A stretch of 63,743 bases of DNA, from NCBI GenBank assembly GCA_001783275.1, contig MFRH01000001.1, positions 1 to 63,743 of the forward strand, written 5' to 3'. This DNA is from Candidatus Margulisbacteria bacterium GWF2_35_9 (GTDB lineage Bacteria; Margulisbacteria; Riflemargulisbacteria; GWF2-35-9). Within the stretch, counting starts at the first letter, position 1; every line of letters begins with the position of its first letter. The notes under the pieces are model-generated. The model saw nothing but the letters and a program-made list of their open reading frames with translations, ran no database searches and had not been told where the DNA came from. Both the position numbers and the translations under genes were made by a program. This document shows positions 8,659 to 17,293 of this stretch, one piece after another.

Positions 8659-10182
8659 ATGGATTCGGTAGGGGCAGGTTCTGGAGGAGGAATTCATCCT
8701 GGTGCTCCCATTATTTGGCCAACGATCAAGCCAACCACAACCGAAACAACTGAAACAACCGAATCTTCAAAACAGCAAACACAATCCAAACAATCGCAAC
8801 AGTCTGCGTCATCTTCTGCAGCATCATCTGCAGCAAGTAAAACAAGTACTTCTTCTGCGTCTCAAGCGTTATCAAATGTGGCAGCGGGCGCATCTTCTGC
8901 TACTATAGCCAGAAATCTTTCCACTCAGGACATTTCAGCTCAGCTTATGAGTATAAATCTAGCCGATACTCCTGAAAATTTGGATTTAGCTTCCAAGATG
9001 CTTGAGCATGGGCTTGAGTTAAGTTCTGATAATTTTAATCAATTATTTGGGGCCCTAAAGAATCAGGGATCGAATCAAACATTACAATCTGCAGCATTTG
9101 CTGCATTGGTAAAAGGAATGGCTACAAATCCATCGGCTGTGAAAGCGCTGGAAAGTTTTTTTTCGGGAAATAATAATATGTCAAGCCAGCTCCAGCAGTT
9201 ACAAGAAAGTATGGCAAGTACAAGTCAGATGCTAAATGGTTCTCAAGCATCGTTGAACTCAGGAATAGTTTCAAGCCTAACGGCATTACTAACAGAGTTT
9301 GATCAATCCATAAAGAAGATGCAAGATAAAACCAGTCTAGTTGGCAACGCTGTGCTATCAAAAGAGGAATTAGCAGTCATACAAAAAACAATATCAACTG
9401 GACGAGTTCCGAATGAACAAGAACAAGCCATTTTAAAAAATATGATGGCTAGAAATGGAGCACTCAGTAATGAAGACAAATCAATGCTCCAGGGTATTTT
9501 ATCAAAAGAGGGTGGTTTAAGTCAGGATGAACTAATGGCTTTACAAAGTTTGAATGAAAAAGCAAGTAATGGATTAAATCTTTCAAAAGGGATGCTACAG
9601 GATCTAAATGCATTAAAATCCTTTATCAGAGGAATTATGCATCAGATTCAAAATACACAAGATCCTGTGGAAAAAGAGCGTTTATTAGGTGTCCTAAAAA
9701 ATTTAGAGAGCAAAATTGATCAAGTTATGAATAATTTATCAGGACAAGCAATTTTGAGTGCAATGTCAAAGCGAAGCGATAACTCATTGCCGGATAAATA
9801 TTTTTATTGGATGATCCCAAATCCATTTACGGATGAAGCAAAAAATATTGAGATTTTGATAAAAAGAGATATTAATAAGAAAGGGGCGCCGGTTAATCCG
9901 GAACGAACCCAGCTTATTTTAAAGATTGAAACTGAGGAGTTAGGTGAAATTGCAGTAATAGTCGAGATTACTGGTAAAGACATTTGGTATTTATTTAACA
10001 CCGACTCAGATGATTCCAGAAAATATATTGCAGCAAACTCAGCAATGCTAAGAGAGCAGATGTCGGTACTAGATTACAAAGTACAAGGGTTTAATACTCA
10101 AATTAAAAAGATTGAAATAAATAAAATTTTAAGTCCAACAGTTGATCTGGACAGGATGAAACGGGTGAGTGCTGAGGCATAG
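8659..10182 (+). CDS. FliK-like (hook-length control / YlqG-like) protein
   Basis: Long S/T/Q/A low-complexity N-terminus; C-terminal LKIETEELGEIAVIVEITG...LREQMSVLDYKV resembles the FliK C domain; immediately upstream of an FlhB-C-like gene. Confidence 0.65.
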   Translation: MDSVGAGSGGGIHPGAPIIWPTIKPTTTETTETTESSKQQTQSKQSQQSASSSAASSAASKTSTSSASQALSNVAAGASSATIARNLSTQDISAQLMSINLADTPENLDLASKMLEHGLELSSDNFNQLFGALKNQGSNQTLQSAAFAALVKGMATNPSAVKALESFFSGNNNMSSQLQQLQESMASTSQMLNGSQASLNSGIVSSLTALLTEFDQSIKKMQDKTSLVGNAVLSKEELAVIQKTISTGRVPNEQEQAILKNMMARNGALSNEDKSMLQGILSKEGGLSQDELMALQSLNEKASNGLNLSKGMLQDLNALKSFIRGIMHQIQNTQDPVEKERLLGVLKNLESKIDQVMNNLSGQAILSAMSKRSDNSLPDKYFYWMIPNPFTDEAKNIEILIKRDINKKGAPVNPERTQLILKIETEELGEIAVIVEITGKDIWYLFNTDSDDSRKYIAANSAMLREQMSVLDYKVQGFNTQIKKIEINKILSPTVDLDRMKRVSAEA

Positions 10183-10195
10183 GGTGGAATTATAG

Positions 10196-10522
10196 ATGGA
10201 AGAGAAAAAAGAAAAAAAAGAGATAACGATTGCAGCAGCTATTAAGTATGATTCAGAAATGAATGCTGCTCCAAAAATTGTTGCAACCGGAAAAGGAAGC
10301 ATCGCAGAAGAAATAATTCGCATTGCAGAGGAGAACGATATTCCCTTGTATCAGGATCCTGCACTTGCTAAAATGTTATCTTCATTAGAATTAGAGACGG
10401 AGATTCCTCCAGAGTTATACTCATTAGTTGCTGAAGTATTGGCTTTTGTTTACAAGCTTGAACAGAAAAAAAGCGGCAAAAGTAAGTATGACCAGATTAA
10501 AAAAGACGCAAACGCCTCATGA
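10196..10522 (+). CDS. FlhB C-terminal domain-like protein (EscU/YscU/HrcU family, YlqH-like)
   Basis: AAAIKYD...APKIVATGKGSIAEEIIRIAEENDIPLYQDPALAKMLSSLELETEIPPELYSLVAEVLAFVY. Confidence 0.92.
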   Translation: MEEKKEKKEITIAAAIKYDSEMNAAPKIVATGKGSIAEEIIRIAEENDIPLYQDPALAKMLSSLELETEIPPELYSLVAEVLAFVYKLEQKKSGKSKYDQIKKDANAS

Positions 10523-11274
10523 AAATTATATACATAGTGATATTAACGTTATCTCTTGTATTTCCATTAGATAAAACCATTGATATTTCTGCCAGTGCAA
10601 TGAATTTTAATGAGTATTTGAAGATGGTTCAAATGGAAAATATCATCAATGCTAAAACTCCGGGATATAAAGAATTGGTTATATCGCCTATTTATGATGA
10701 ATCTTCAAAACAAATTATAATAAAAGGGAAAACTAAGTTTACAATTGGCCCGTTTATTAATACAAGCAAACCATTGGATTTAATTATTGAAGATCAGGGG
10801 TTCTTTATGGTCGCTGATGAAGAGGGATCTATTTATTTTACACGTGATGGTCGTTTCGAAATGAATAGAAATATGGAGTTGACGACGGTTTCAGGAAAAT
10901 TTAAGGTCTTAAGTATGGAAAAAAATCCGATTGAAATTCCCGAATTAACGGATATTAAAGTAGACAGTAAAGGTATAATCTATTCCACTGGTGGTGGGGA
11001 AATAGCCAGATTGGGGATTGTTAAAATACGTGATCAGAAAAAATTGGAGTCAGTCAATCAGGTTTTCTTCTATTTGTTACCTGAAGATAATGACGAATTA
11101 ATTGAAGAAGAAGAGATTACTATTAAGCAAGGCTACTTTGAGGGATCTAATGTGGACTATATGCAACTCTTGGTAAAAATGGCGGATACGACTAAATATA
11201 CTGCTAATACTCAACTGATACAGGCCAGATTGAAAATGATTGATACTATGATCGATCTAGCAAAACAGAACTAA
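10519..11274 (+). CDS. Flagellar basal-body rod FlgF/FlgG-like protein with N-terminal hydrophobic extension
   Basis: ENIINAKTPGYK, TSKPLDLIIEDQGFF, YFTRDGRF and QGYFEGSNVD motifs; ATGA overlap with the upstream stop. Confidence 0.82.
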   Translation: MKIIYIVILTLSLVFPLDKTIDISASAMNFNEYLKMVQMENIINAKTPGYKELVISPIYDESSKQIIIKGKTKFTIGPFINTSKPLDLIIEDQGFFMVADEEGSIYFTRDGRFEMNRNMELTTVSGKFKVLSMEKNPIEIPELTDIKVDSKGIIYSTGGGEIARLGIVKIRDQKKLESVNQVFFYLLPEDNDELIEEEEITIKQGYFEGSNVDYMQLLVKMADTTKYTANTQLIQARLKMIDTMIDLAKQN

Positions 11275-11401
11275 TTTATTATCCCCTAGATATATAGGTA
11301 TTTTTCACTTGAAATGATGTTAAAACACAAAATCTAGAGTAGTTGAATAGTAGAGTGTTGTAAAATTGTAATGTTGTTCGGTTTATTTGTATTGATGTTG
11401 T

Positions 11402-11430
11402 TTGACAATAGAAATATATTGTTGTATTGT
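11402..11430 (+). promoter_or_regulatory. Putative sigma70 promoter overlapped by TTGTA repeats
   Basis: TTGACA (11402-11407), 17 nt, TATTGT (11425-11430). Confidence 0.5.
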
Positions 11431-11497
11431 ATTACTACAATAACATTGTAATTGTAACGATTAGTACAGGGGATTTGTTGTTAGGGGGAAATTGAGG

Positions 11498-11534
11498 GCA
11501 GGTATCAGCTTAGCTGGTACCTGCATTTTCATTT
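11498..11534 (+). terminator. Intrinsic terminator-like hairpin upstream of the RHH ORF
   Basis: gcaggtatcagc-tta-gctggtacctgc (12-bp stem with one G-U pair) followed by attttcattt. Confidence 0.6.
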
Positions 11535-11561
11535 CCTTCTTATTCATTATCGAAATAATTC

Positions 11562-11735
11562 ATGGCGAAGAAAGAAAAAGAAAAACTGGCTATCAATATT
11601 ACAGTTGCAAACGAAGAATATGAGTTTATTAGATTACAGGCATATTTAAATAAGACATCTATGTCTGCATATGTAAGGAAATTGATTGATATTGAAAGGA
11701 AACGTGTCGGAAATAAGGGCTTGCTTTTTAAGTAA
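11562..11735 (+). CDS. 57-aa ribbon-helix-helix (CopG/Arc-like) DNA-binding protein, not in ORF track
   Basis: My translation MAKKEKEKLAINITVANEEYEFIRLQAYLNKTSMSAYVRKLIDIERKRVGNKGLLFK shows the beta-strand / helix / SxSAYVR-helix RHH pattern. No clear SD sequence. Confidence 0.7.
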   Translation: MAKKEKEKLAINITVANEEYEFIRLQAYLNKTSMSAYVRKLIDIERKRVGNKGLLFK

Positions 11736-11794
11736 TTGTAATTATAATTAAATTACGATATTTTCAGATATATTTCTGATGATTGGGGGAATAA

Positions 11795-12091
11795 ATGACT
11801 AACGCAATAAATCCAATAACATTTCTGAATACCAGTCAATCAATCGATACAATAAGAAAAAATGATTTTACATCGGATTTTGGACAAATGTTAAAAAATA
11901 ATATTACAGATACAAATATGCTTCTGAATAGAGCCGATAGCGTTATGCGCGATTATACTATCTCGCAGTCTGTTGATCTTCATGAGGTTATGATTGCAGC
12001 AGAGGAAGCAAACATCGCATTAAATTATACAATGCAAGTAAGAAATAAGGTTATTGAAGCCTATCAAGAATTAATGAGAATTCAAGTCTAA
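11795..12091 (+). CDS. fliE: Flagellar hook-basal body complex protein FliE
   Basis: DLHEVMIAAEEANIALNYTMQVRNKVIEAYQELMRIQV; SD ggggga. Confidence 0.92.
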   Translation: MTNAINPITFLNTSQSIDTIRKNDFTSDFGQMLKNNITDTNMLLNRADSVMRDYTISQSVDLHEVMIAAEEANIALNYTMQVRNKVIEAYQELMRIQV

Positions 12092-12094
12092 TTC

Positions 12095-13471
12095 TTGATG
12101 ATAGTACTTGAGCCGCAGTTCATCCACAAATTAATTGATATTCTTTTATCCAAGGGTGGAAACTTTTCTGATATTTATATCGAAGAGGATGAGATGTTTT
12201 CTTTTGTTCTTGAAAATAACGTCATTAAAACTATTAAGACAGGTAATGAAGGTGGCGTCCATTTAAGAGTAATCAGTGATGATAAATCTTATTGCGCTTA
12301 TGCCAATGAAATTATCCCAGATAAACTTGAAATACTAGCTGGAAATATTGCGGACTCATTGTCAGCAGGACGAACAAATCAGGCAAAAAATATAGATAGT
12401 AATTTAAATTTTATAACTACAAGTAAATTGCATTTGGGTATGTATGAATCCTGTATTCGTGATTTTTTAGATACCAGTAAAAAAATATATGTTGCCTCAC
12501 CTAAAATATGTCAGGCGACACTTAGTTTTAGTCAATCATTTAAGCGAATTTGGATCGCAAATAGCGACGGATTAGTTTCAAGTGATGAGCGACAATACTC
12601 TCGCTATATGATTAATGTTGTAGCAAAAGACGGTTCAATTACTGAAACTGCATATGAAGGCCCTGGAATAACGGGAGATCAGAATATTTTTGATTTGTAT
12701 CCGCTGGAAACAACCTCTGAAAAAGTGGTTAAGCGGGTGCTTGCTTCTTTAAATGCAACACAAGCCCCATTAGGGAAAATGCCAGTTGTATTAATGGGTG
12801 AAGCAGGTGGCACAATGATTCATGAGGCATGCGGACATGCGTTTGAAGCAGATTTTATTTATAAAGATACTTCTATTTTTGGTAACAAAATGGGCCAAAA
12901 AATTGCTTCTGACAATGTAACGGTCATCGATGACGGATCCATCCCGGGATTATATGGTAGTTTTAGCATCGATGATGAAGGTGTTGAAGCAAAAAAAACG
13001 GTATTAATTGAAAATGGGGTATTAAAAGGGTATATGACAGACAGACTCAGTGCAGGACTATTGAATATTCCATTAACTGGGAATGGTAGAAGAGAGTCGT
13101 TTAGAAGCAAACCCATCCCAAGAATGAGTAATACCTTTATTGAAAATCAAAATATGATTCCTGAAGAAATTCTCTCAACAGTGAGTAATGGAATACTTGT
13201 TAAGCGAATGGGCGGAGGGCAAGTAAATATAACAAATGGCGAGTTCATATTTGAAATATCTGAAGGATACGAAATTAAAAATGGCAAGGTTACCAATCAG
13301 ATACGAGGAGCTAGTATGATTGGAAATGGCCCCGATGTCCTAAATGATATTGAGAGCGTGGGAAATGATAAATGTTTTCTTCCAGGAGTATGTGGTAAAT
13401 TTGATCATGTTCCGGTTTCAGATGCTCAGCCAACAATTAAAATAAAGCAGATGACTATAGGAGGCAAGTAA
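12095..13471 (+). CDS. tldD: TldD family metalloprotease
   Basis: GTMIHEACGHAFEAD, GSFSIDDEG, TGNGRRESF, PRMSNTFI. Confidence 0.93.
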   Translation: MMIVLEPQFIHKLIDILLSKGGNFSDIYIEEDEMFSFVLENNVIKTIKTGNEGGVHLRVISDDKSYCAYANEIIPDKLEILAGNIADSLSAGRTNQAKNIDSNLNFITTSKLHLGMYESCIRDFLDTSKKIYVASPKICQATLSFSQSFKRIWIANSDGLVSSDERQYSRYMINVVAKDGSITETAYEGPGITGDQNIFDLYPLETTSEKVVKRVLASLNATQAPLGKMPVVLMGEAGGTMIHEACGHAFEADFIYKDTSIFGNKMGQKIASDNVTVIDDGSIPGLYGSFSIDDEGVEAKKTVLIENGVLKGYMTDRLSAGLLNIPLTGNGRRESFRSKPIPRMSNTFIENQNMIPEEILSTVSNGILVKRMGGGQVNITNGEFIFEISEGYEIKNGKVTNQIRGASMIGNGPDVLNDIESVGNDKCFLPGVCGKFDHVPVSDAQPTIKIKQMTIGGK

Positions 13472-13491
13472 TTGCCGTTCTGGGGAAAATA

Positions 13492-14850
13492 ATGGATAAC
13501 AAAATAAAAAATACTTTTGATTATATAGAAAACGAATTAAATAAATTTGCCACTGATAACTGGGATATATTTTATTTAAATGACCAGAGTCGGCAAATTA
13601 GTTTAAGAAATAGTGAAGTGGAAGACTTTACTGAAAGTCTTGAAAATGGGTTTGCCATTCGCTTATTGCATGAAAATCGTATTAGCATGGTATTTGGAAA
13701 TAATTTTGAAAAAGATAAGGTACTGAAAACGATTGAAAATGCTAAATTCATTTTAAAAATGATGTCACCGGATAATCATTTTTCAATGAATAAGATGATT
13801 CATCCTGCTAAGTTGACCGATTCTGATAAAGATTGGTCTTTTTTTGATGTGGGTATCTCCGATAAAGTAAGCAAACTTAAATATTTGGAAAATAAGGTTT
13901 TTTCTGAACATAAGTCGATTTCAAAGGTGGAACACCTTGGTTTTTCAGAATCTTACAGTAACATGTATTATCGAACAAAATTTAGTGATATTCATGAAGA
14001 AGAATCTCTTGTTTACGGATTTGATGCCGACGTTATTGCAGAGGATGGTAATGAAGCTGAATCTGGTTCAGATTTCTCATATAAATTATGCTTTAAAGAT
14101 ATCGATTTGGATGCCTTGGGAAAAAGTGTCGCTTATAATGCATATTCAATGTTACATGCCAAACCGTTGAAAAGTAATGCTTATAAAGTGGTGTTTAGAA
14201 ATGATGTCGTTGCAAGTTTTCTGTCATTTTTTATCGATTTGTTCTCAGCTGAAAACATACAAAACAAAAAATCGATTCTAGATGATAAAATTGGCCAGAA
14301 AATTGCTGCTAGTACTTTGAATCTGATTGATGATGGTGTTCTAAAAGATGGCTTGGGGACAATCGCATTTGATGGGGAAGGAACTACGTCTAAAGCGACG
14401 ACCTTAATAAAGGATGGAGTATTAAATCATTTTCTTTATAATTTGAAAGCGGCTTCAAAGGATAATACAGAATCAACAGGTAATGGTTTAAGGGGTTCCT
14501 ATTACAGCATCCCTGTGATAAGGCCCACAAACCTGATCCTTAGCCCCGGACAATACTCGTATCAGGACCTATTTTCTAGCAGTGGGGAAGACATATTAAT
14601 TATTAACAGTGTTATGGGTATGCATACTTCAAACAGAGTAAACGGGGATTTCAGTCTTGGTGCTACTGGCTATCTCATGAGAAATGGTGAATTAGTCAGC
14701 TCTGTGAAGCAGTTTACCATTGCTGGTAATTTTATTGATCTTTTAACCAGAATAGCTAAAATTGGTAATGATGTAGAGAGTTTCCCCTATGGAGGCAATA
14801 TTTTAACTCCTTCTCTGTTGTTTAATTCTATATCTGTTTCAGGTATATAG
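13492..14850 (+). CDS. pmbA: PmbA/TldE family protein
   Basis: FDGEG, STGNGLRGSY, NGDFSLGATG and TIAGNF motifs; lacks HExxxH; paired with tldD. Confidence 0.9.
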   Translation: MDNKIKNTFDYIENELNKFATDNWDIFYLNDQSRQISLRNSEVEDFTESLENGFAIRLLHENRISMVFGNNFEKDKVLKTIENAKFILKMMSPDNHFSMNKMIHPAKLTDSDKDWSFFDVGISDKVSKLKYLENKVFSEHKSISKVEHLGFSESYSNMYYRTKFSDIHEEESLVYGFDADVIAEDGNEAESGSDFSYKLCFKDIDLDALGKSVAYNAYSMLHAKPLKSNAYKVVFRNDVVASFLSFFIDLFSAENIQNKKSILDDKIGQKIAASTLNLIDDGVLKDGLGTIAFDGEGTTSKATTLIKDGVLNHFLYNLKAASKDNTESTGNGLRGSYYSIPVIRPTNLILSPGQYSYQDLFSSSGEDILIINSVMGMHTSNRVNGDFSLGATGYLMRNGELVSSVKQFTIAGNFIDLLTRIAKIGNDVESFPYGGNILTPSLLFNSISVSGI

Positions 14851-14905
14851 TAAAATTTCCTCAATAGAAATTTATTAAAGAAAATATATATGTTAAGCTA
14901 GGCAT

Positions 14906-16072
14906 ATGAAAAAAATATTCATTTCTATTCTAGTAATTCTGCTGGTATTCCTTTTCCTTATTTTTTTAAAACATTATGGCCCTCAAAAAGAAATACTTAA
15001 AAGTATGAGAGATTTTAATGCGCTAATGGAAGTTAAAAATATTAAAATAAGAGGCTGGGATGGCGAAATTGCTCGATGGGAGATTGAGGCTGCCGATGCC
15101 AAAATGAAGGAAAAAGACTTTGTCATTTTAGACAAAATAAGAAGAGGTTGTATATACAATGATTATAATGAAAAAATTATGGACCGGATAACAGCTGATA
15201 AGGCAGATGTTCGTTTGCATAGAAAACAAGTAGAATTATATGGAGTTCAGGGGATATTTAAAAGCAATAAGTTCAGCAATACCAATCCAATAAATGTTAA
15301 AGCTGGTGTCTTATCCTATAACGAGCATGATAAAAAAATTACCTTTTATGATGATATCGAGATATCTCAAGGTAAGCGCTATATAAAATCTAATCTATGT
15401 AATGTGGAGGACAATTCTGAAAAAATTAGATTTTATAATGGGTTTAAATTCAATGCAGAAAATATATCTGTTAATGGACAAGAGTTAATATTTAATATGA
15501 AAGAAGATTATATAAAAATGAGAGGCAAATTAAATGTATTGCAAAGTAATATCAGTGGAATAGGTGATGCAAATACAAGTTCATTTAAGTTAAAATGTGA
15601 TGAACTGACTTTCTATAAAAAAGAGGGTAAGGAATCAATGAATTTTAATGGGAATATTGTGCTGGTTCATCAGGGAAATACAATTATAGCAAAAGAGGGT
15701 TCCTATTGGGGTTATAAAAAACAGTTATTATTAGAAAATGAAATATCTATTGCGTTTGGAAATCCTGAAAATATTATTAGTAAAGAGAATTCCGTAATAA
15801 GTAAGAATAGTGTATTAAAAGGAGTCAGAATGTTTGTTGATACTGAAAGAAAGAATATGAACATTGCCGGCCCTTTGGAGTTTTCACAGCCGGGATTGTC
15901 GATTGTTGCACAAAATGGTTTTTATGATTTCAAGCTTAATAAACTTTACTTATCAGACTTGGTAGAAATACACCATAACAAAAAAATACTCAAGTGCAAC
16001 AAAGTTGAAATCAATATGGTATCGGGAACGTTTGAAGCTATTGGTCAAATATACACGAAAATAACCATTTAA
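14906..16072 (+). CDS. LptC/LptA (OstA-like) beta-jellyroll envelope protein
   Basis: N-terminal membrane anchor then repeated beta-rich motifs (WEIEAADAKM, ITADKADV, IIAKEGSY, LKCNKVEIN). Confidence 0.7.
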   Translation: MKKIFISILVILLVFLFLIFLKHYGPQKEILKSMRDFNALMEVKNIKIRGWDGEIARWEIEAADAKMKEKDFVILDKIRRGCIYNDYNEKIMDRITADKADVRLHRKQVELYGVQGIFKSNKFSNTNPINVKAGVLSYNEHDKKITFYDDIEISQGKRYIKSNLCNVEDNSEKIRFYNGFKFNAENISVNGQELIFNMKEDYIKMRGKLNVLQSNISGIGDANTSSFKLKCDELTFYKKEGKESMNFNGNIVLVHQGNTIIAKEGSYWGYKKQLLLENEISIAFGNPENIISKENSVISKNSVLKGVRMFVDTERKNMNIAGPLEFSQPGLSIVAQNGFYDFKLNKLYLSDLVEIHHNKKILKCNKVEINMVSGTFEAIGQIYTKITI

Positions 16073-16158
16073 CGTCAATTTGAATTTATGATAAGATTAT
16101 CACGGTTAGTTACAGTGGCTAATAATGAGTCATTCAAAGGATTTTAAGGAGGATAAAT

Positions 16159-17286
16159 ATGCCCGGTATATACAAAATTAAAGACCTTGCTGAAAAATAT
16201 AAAATTACAACGCGTACAATCCGTTTTTGGGAAGAAAAGGGTTTAATAGATCCTATATTTCGAACATCAGGAAAGAGAAGGGTTTATGAGGAAGATGTTG
16301 AGGATACCGTCAAGAAAATTATAAAATTAAAAAATAAAGGATTGAGTTTAGATTCAATTCAAGAAGAATTATCAAAGTTTAAACATAAGAAAGTAACTCC
16401 AGCGAAATCAAATGTTAGAATTGTGATTGATAGCACATCGTCGATTAATCAAGATTTAGCGAAAAAAAACGATATCACTATTATTCCTTTGTATCAGCAT
16501 ATTGGTAAAAATCAGTTTTTAGATGGAGTAAACATAAATGAAGACGAACTATATGAAAAACTGAGTCGTGTTCAAAAAGGAGCAGAAATATCAACTTCCG
16601 CAGCAACAGTCGATGATTTCTTCGATCATTATTCTGAGTTAATAAAAGAAGGCGCAAGAACGATTTATTCAATCCATATATCTGAGTGCTATAGCGAAAC
16701 CATTTATAATGCAAAAAAAGCAGCCAAACAGTTTTCAGGTGTTAACTTTCATATAATCGATTCAAAAACATCTGGGCAGGGCATACAGCTTCTGGCTTTA
16801 AGTCTGATAGATCGATTAAAAGAAAGTTATACGGAGCAGGAAAATGTCGAGTATCTAAACAAATTAGCTGAAAACAATTGGCTGATTGTTACGACCACAT
16901 CATTAAAAACCTTAAATCTGATGGGCCTTCTGAATATGTCTATTGAAACGGCTTTTGAACCCTTGTTTGATCAATTGCTAAATTTTAGACCGATTCTCGT
17001 TACTGAAAAAGGAGAGGGGATGTTTAAAATATTTTCCAGAGAAGATACTGTGGAGGAAGCCTTAGAAAAGATGGAGTCGACCTTGCATAATAAAATAAAA
17101 AACAGTAAACTTAAATTAAAGATGATTGGTATTTCGCAGTCTAAATTAGGGGAAAAATCAAAAGAGCTCAAGAATCGGTTTGAGAAGCAGTATAAGGTTC
17201 CTGTAATAGAACAACAAGGTAGTGTGATACTTTGTACATATTTAGGACCAATGTCTCTGGGAATCGATGTCTTGTTTGATGTTTAA
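16159..17286 (+). CDS. MerR-type HTH fused to a DegV (fatty-acid binding) domain
   Basis: YKIKDLAEKYKITTRTIRFWEEKGLIDPIFRTSGKRRVY (MerR), then RIVIDSTSSI, IIPLY, ISTSA, IDSKTSGQG and YLGPMSLGI (DegV). Confidence 0.85.
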   Translation: MPGIYKIKDLAEKYKITTRTIRFWEEKGLIDPIFRTSGKRRVYEEDVEDTVKKIIKLKNKGLSLDSIQEELSKFKHKKVTPAKSNVRIVIDSTSSINQDLAKKNDITIIPLYQHIGKNQFLDGVNINEDELYEKLSRVQKGAEISTSAATVDDFFDHYSELIKEGARTIYSIHISECYSETIYNAKKAAKQFSGVNFHIIDSKTSGQGIQLLALSLIDRLKESYTEQENVEYLNKLAENNWLIVTTTSLKTLNLMGLLNMSIETAFEPLFDQLLNFRPILVTEKGEGMFKIFSREDTVEEALEKMESTLHNKIKNSKLKLKMIGISQSKLGEKSKELKNRFEKQYKVPVIEQQGSVILCTYLGPMSLGIDVLFDV

Positions 17287-17293
17287 TCCATCA

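Noticed and set aside
8720-8900. S/T/Q/A low-complexity tract as a DNA repeat element
   Set aside because: It is coding low complexity typical of FliK-like N-termini, with no regular nucleotide period.
11492-11623. 43-aa TTG-start hydrophobic ORF (MRAGISLAGTCIFISFLFII...) overlapping the RHH gene
   Set aside because: The SD is only 3 nt from a TTG start, the ORF runs through a terminator hairpin, and it overlaps a more convincing ORF.
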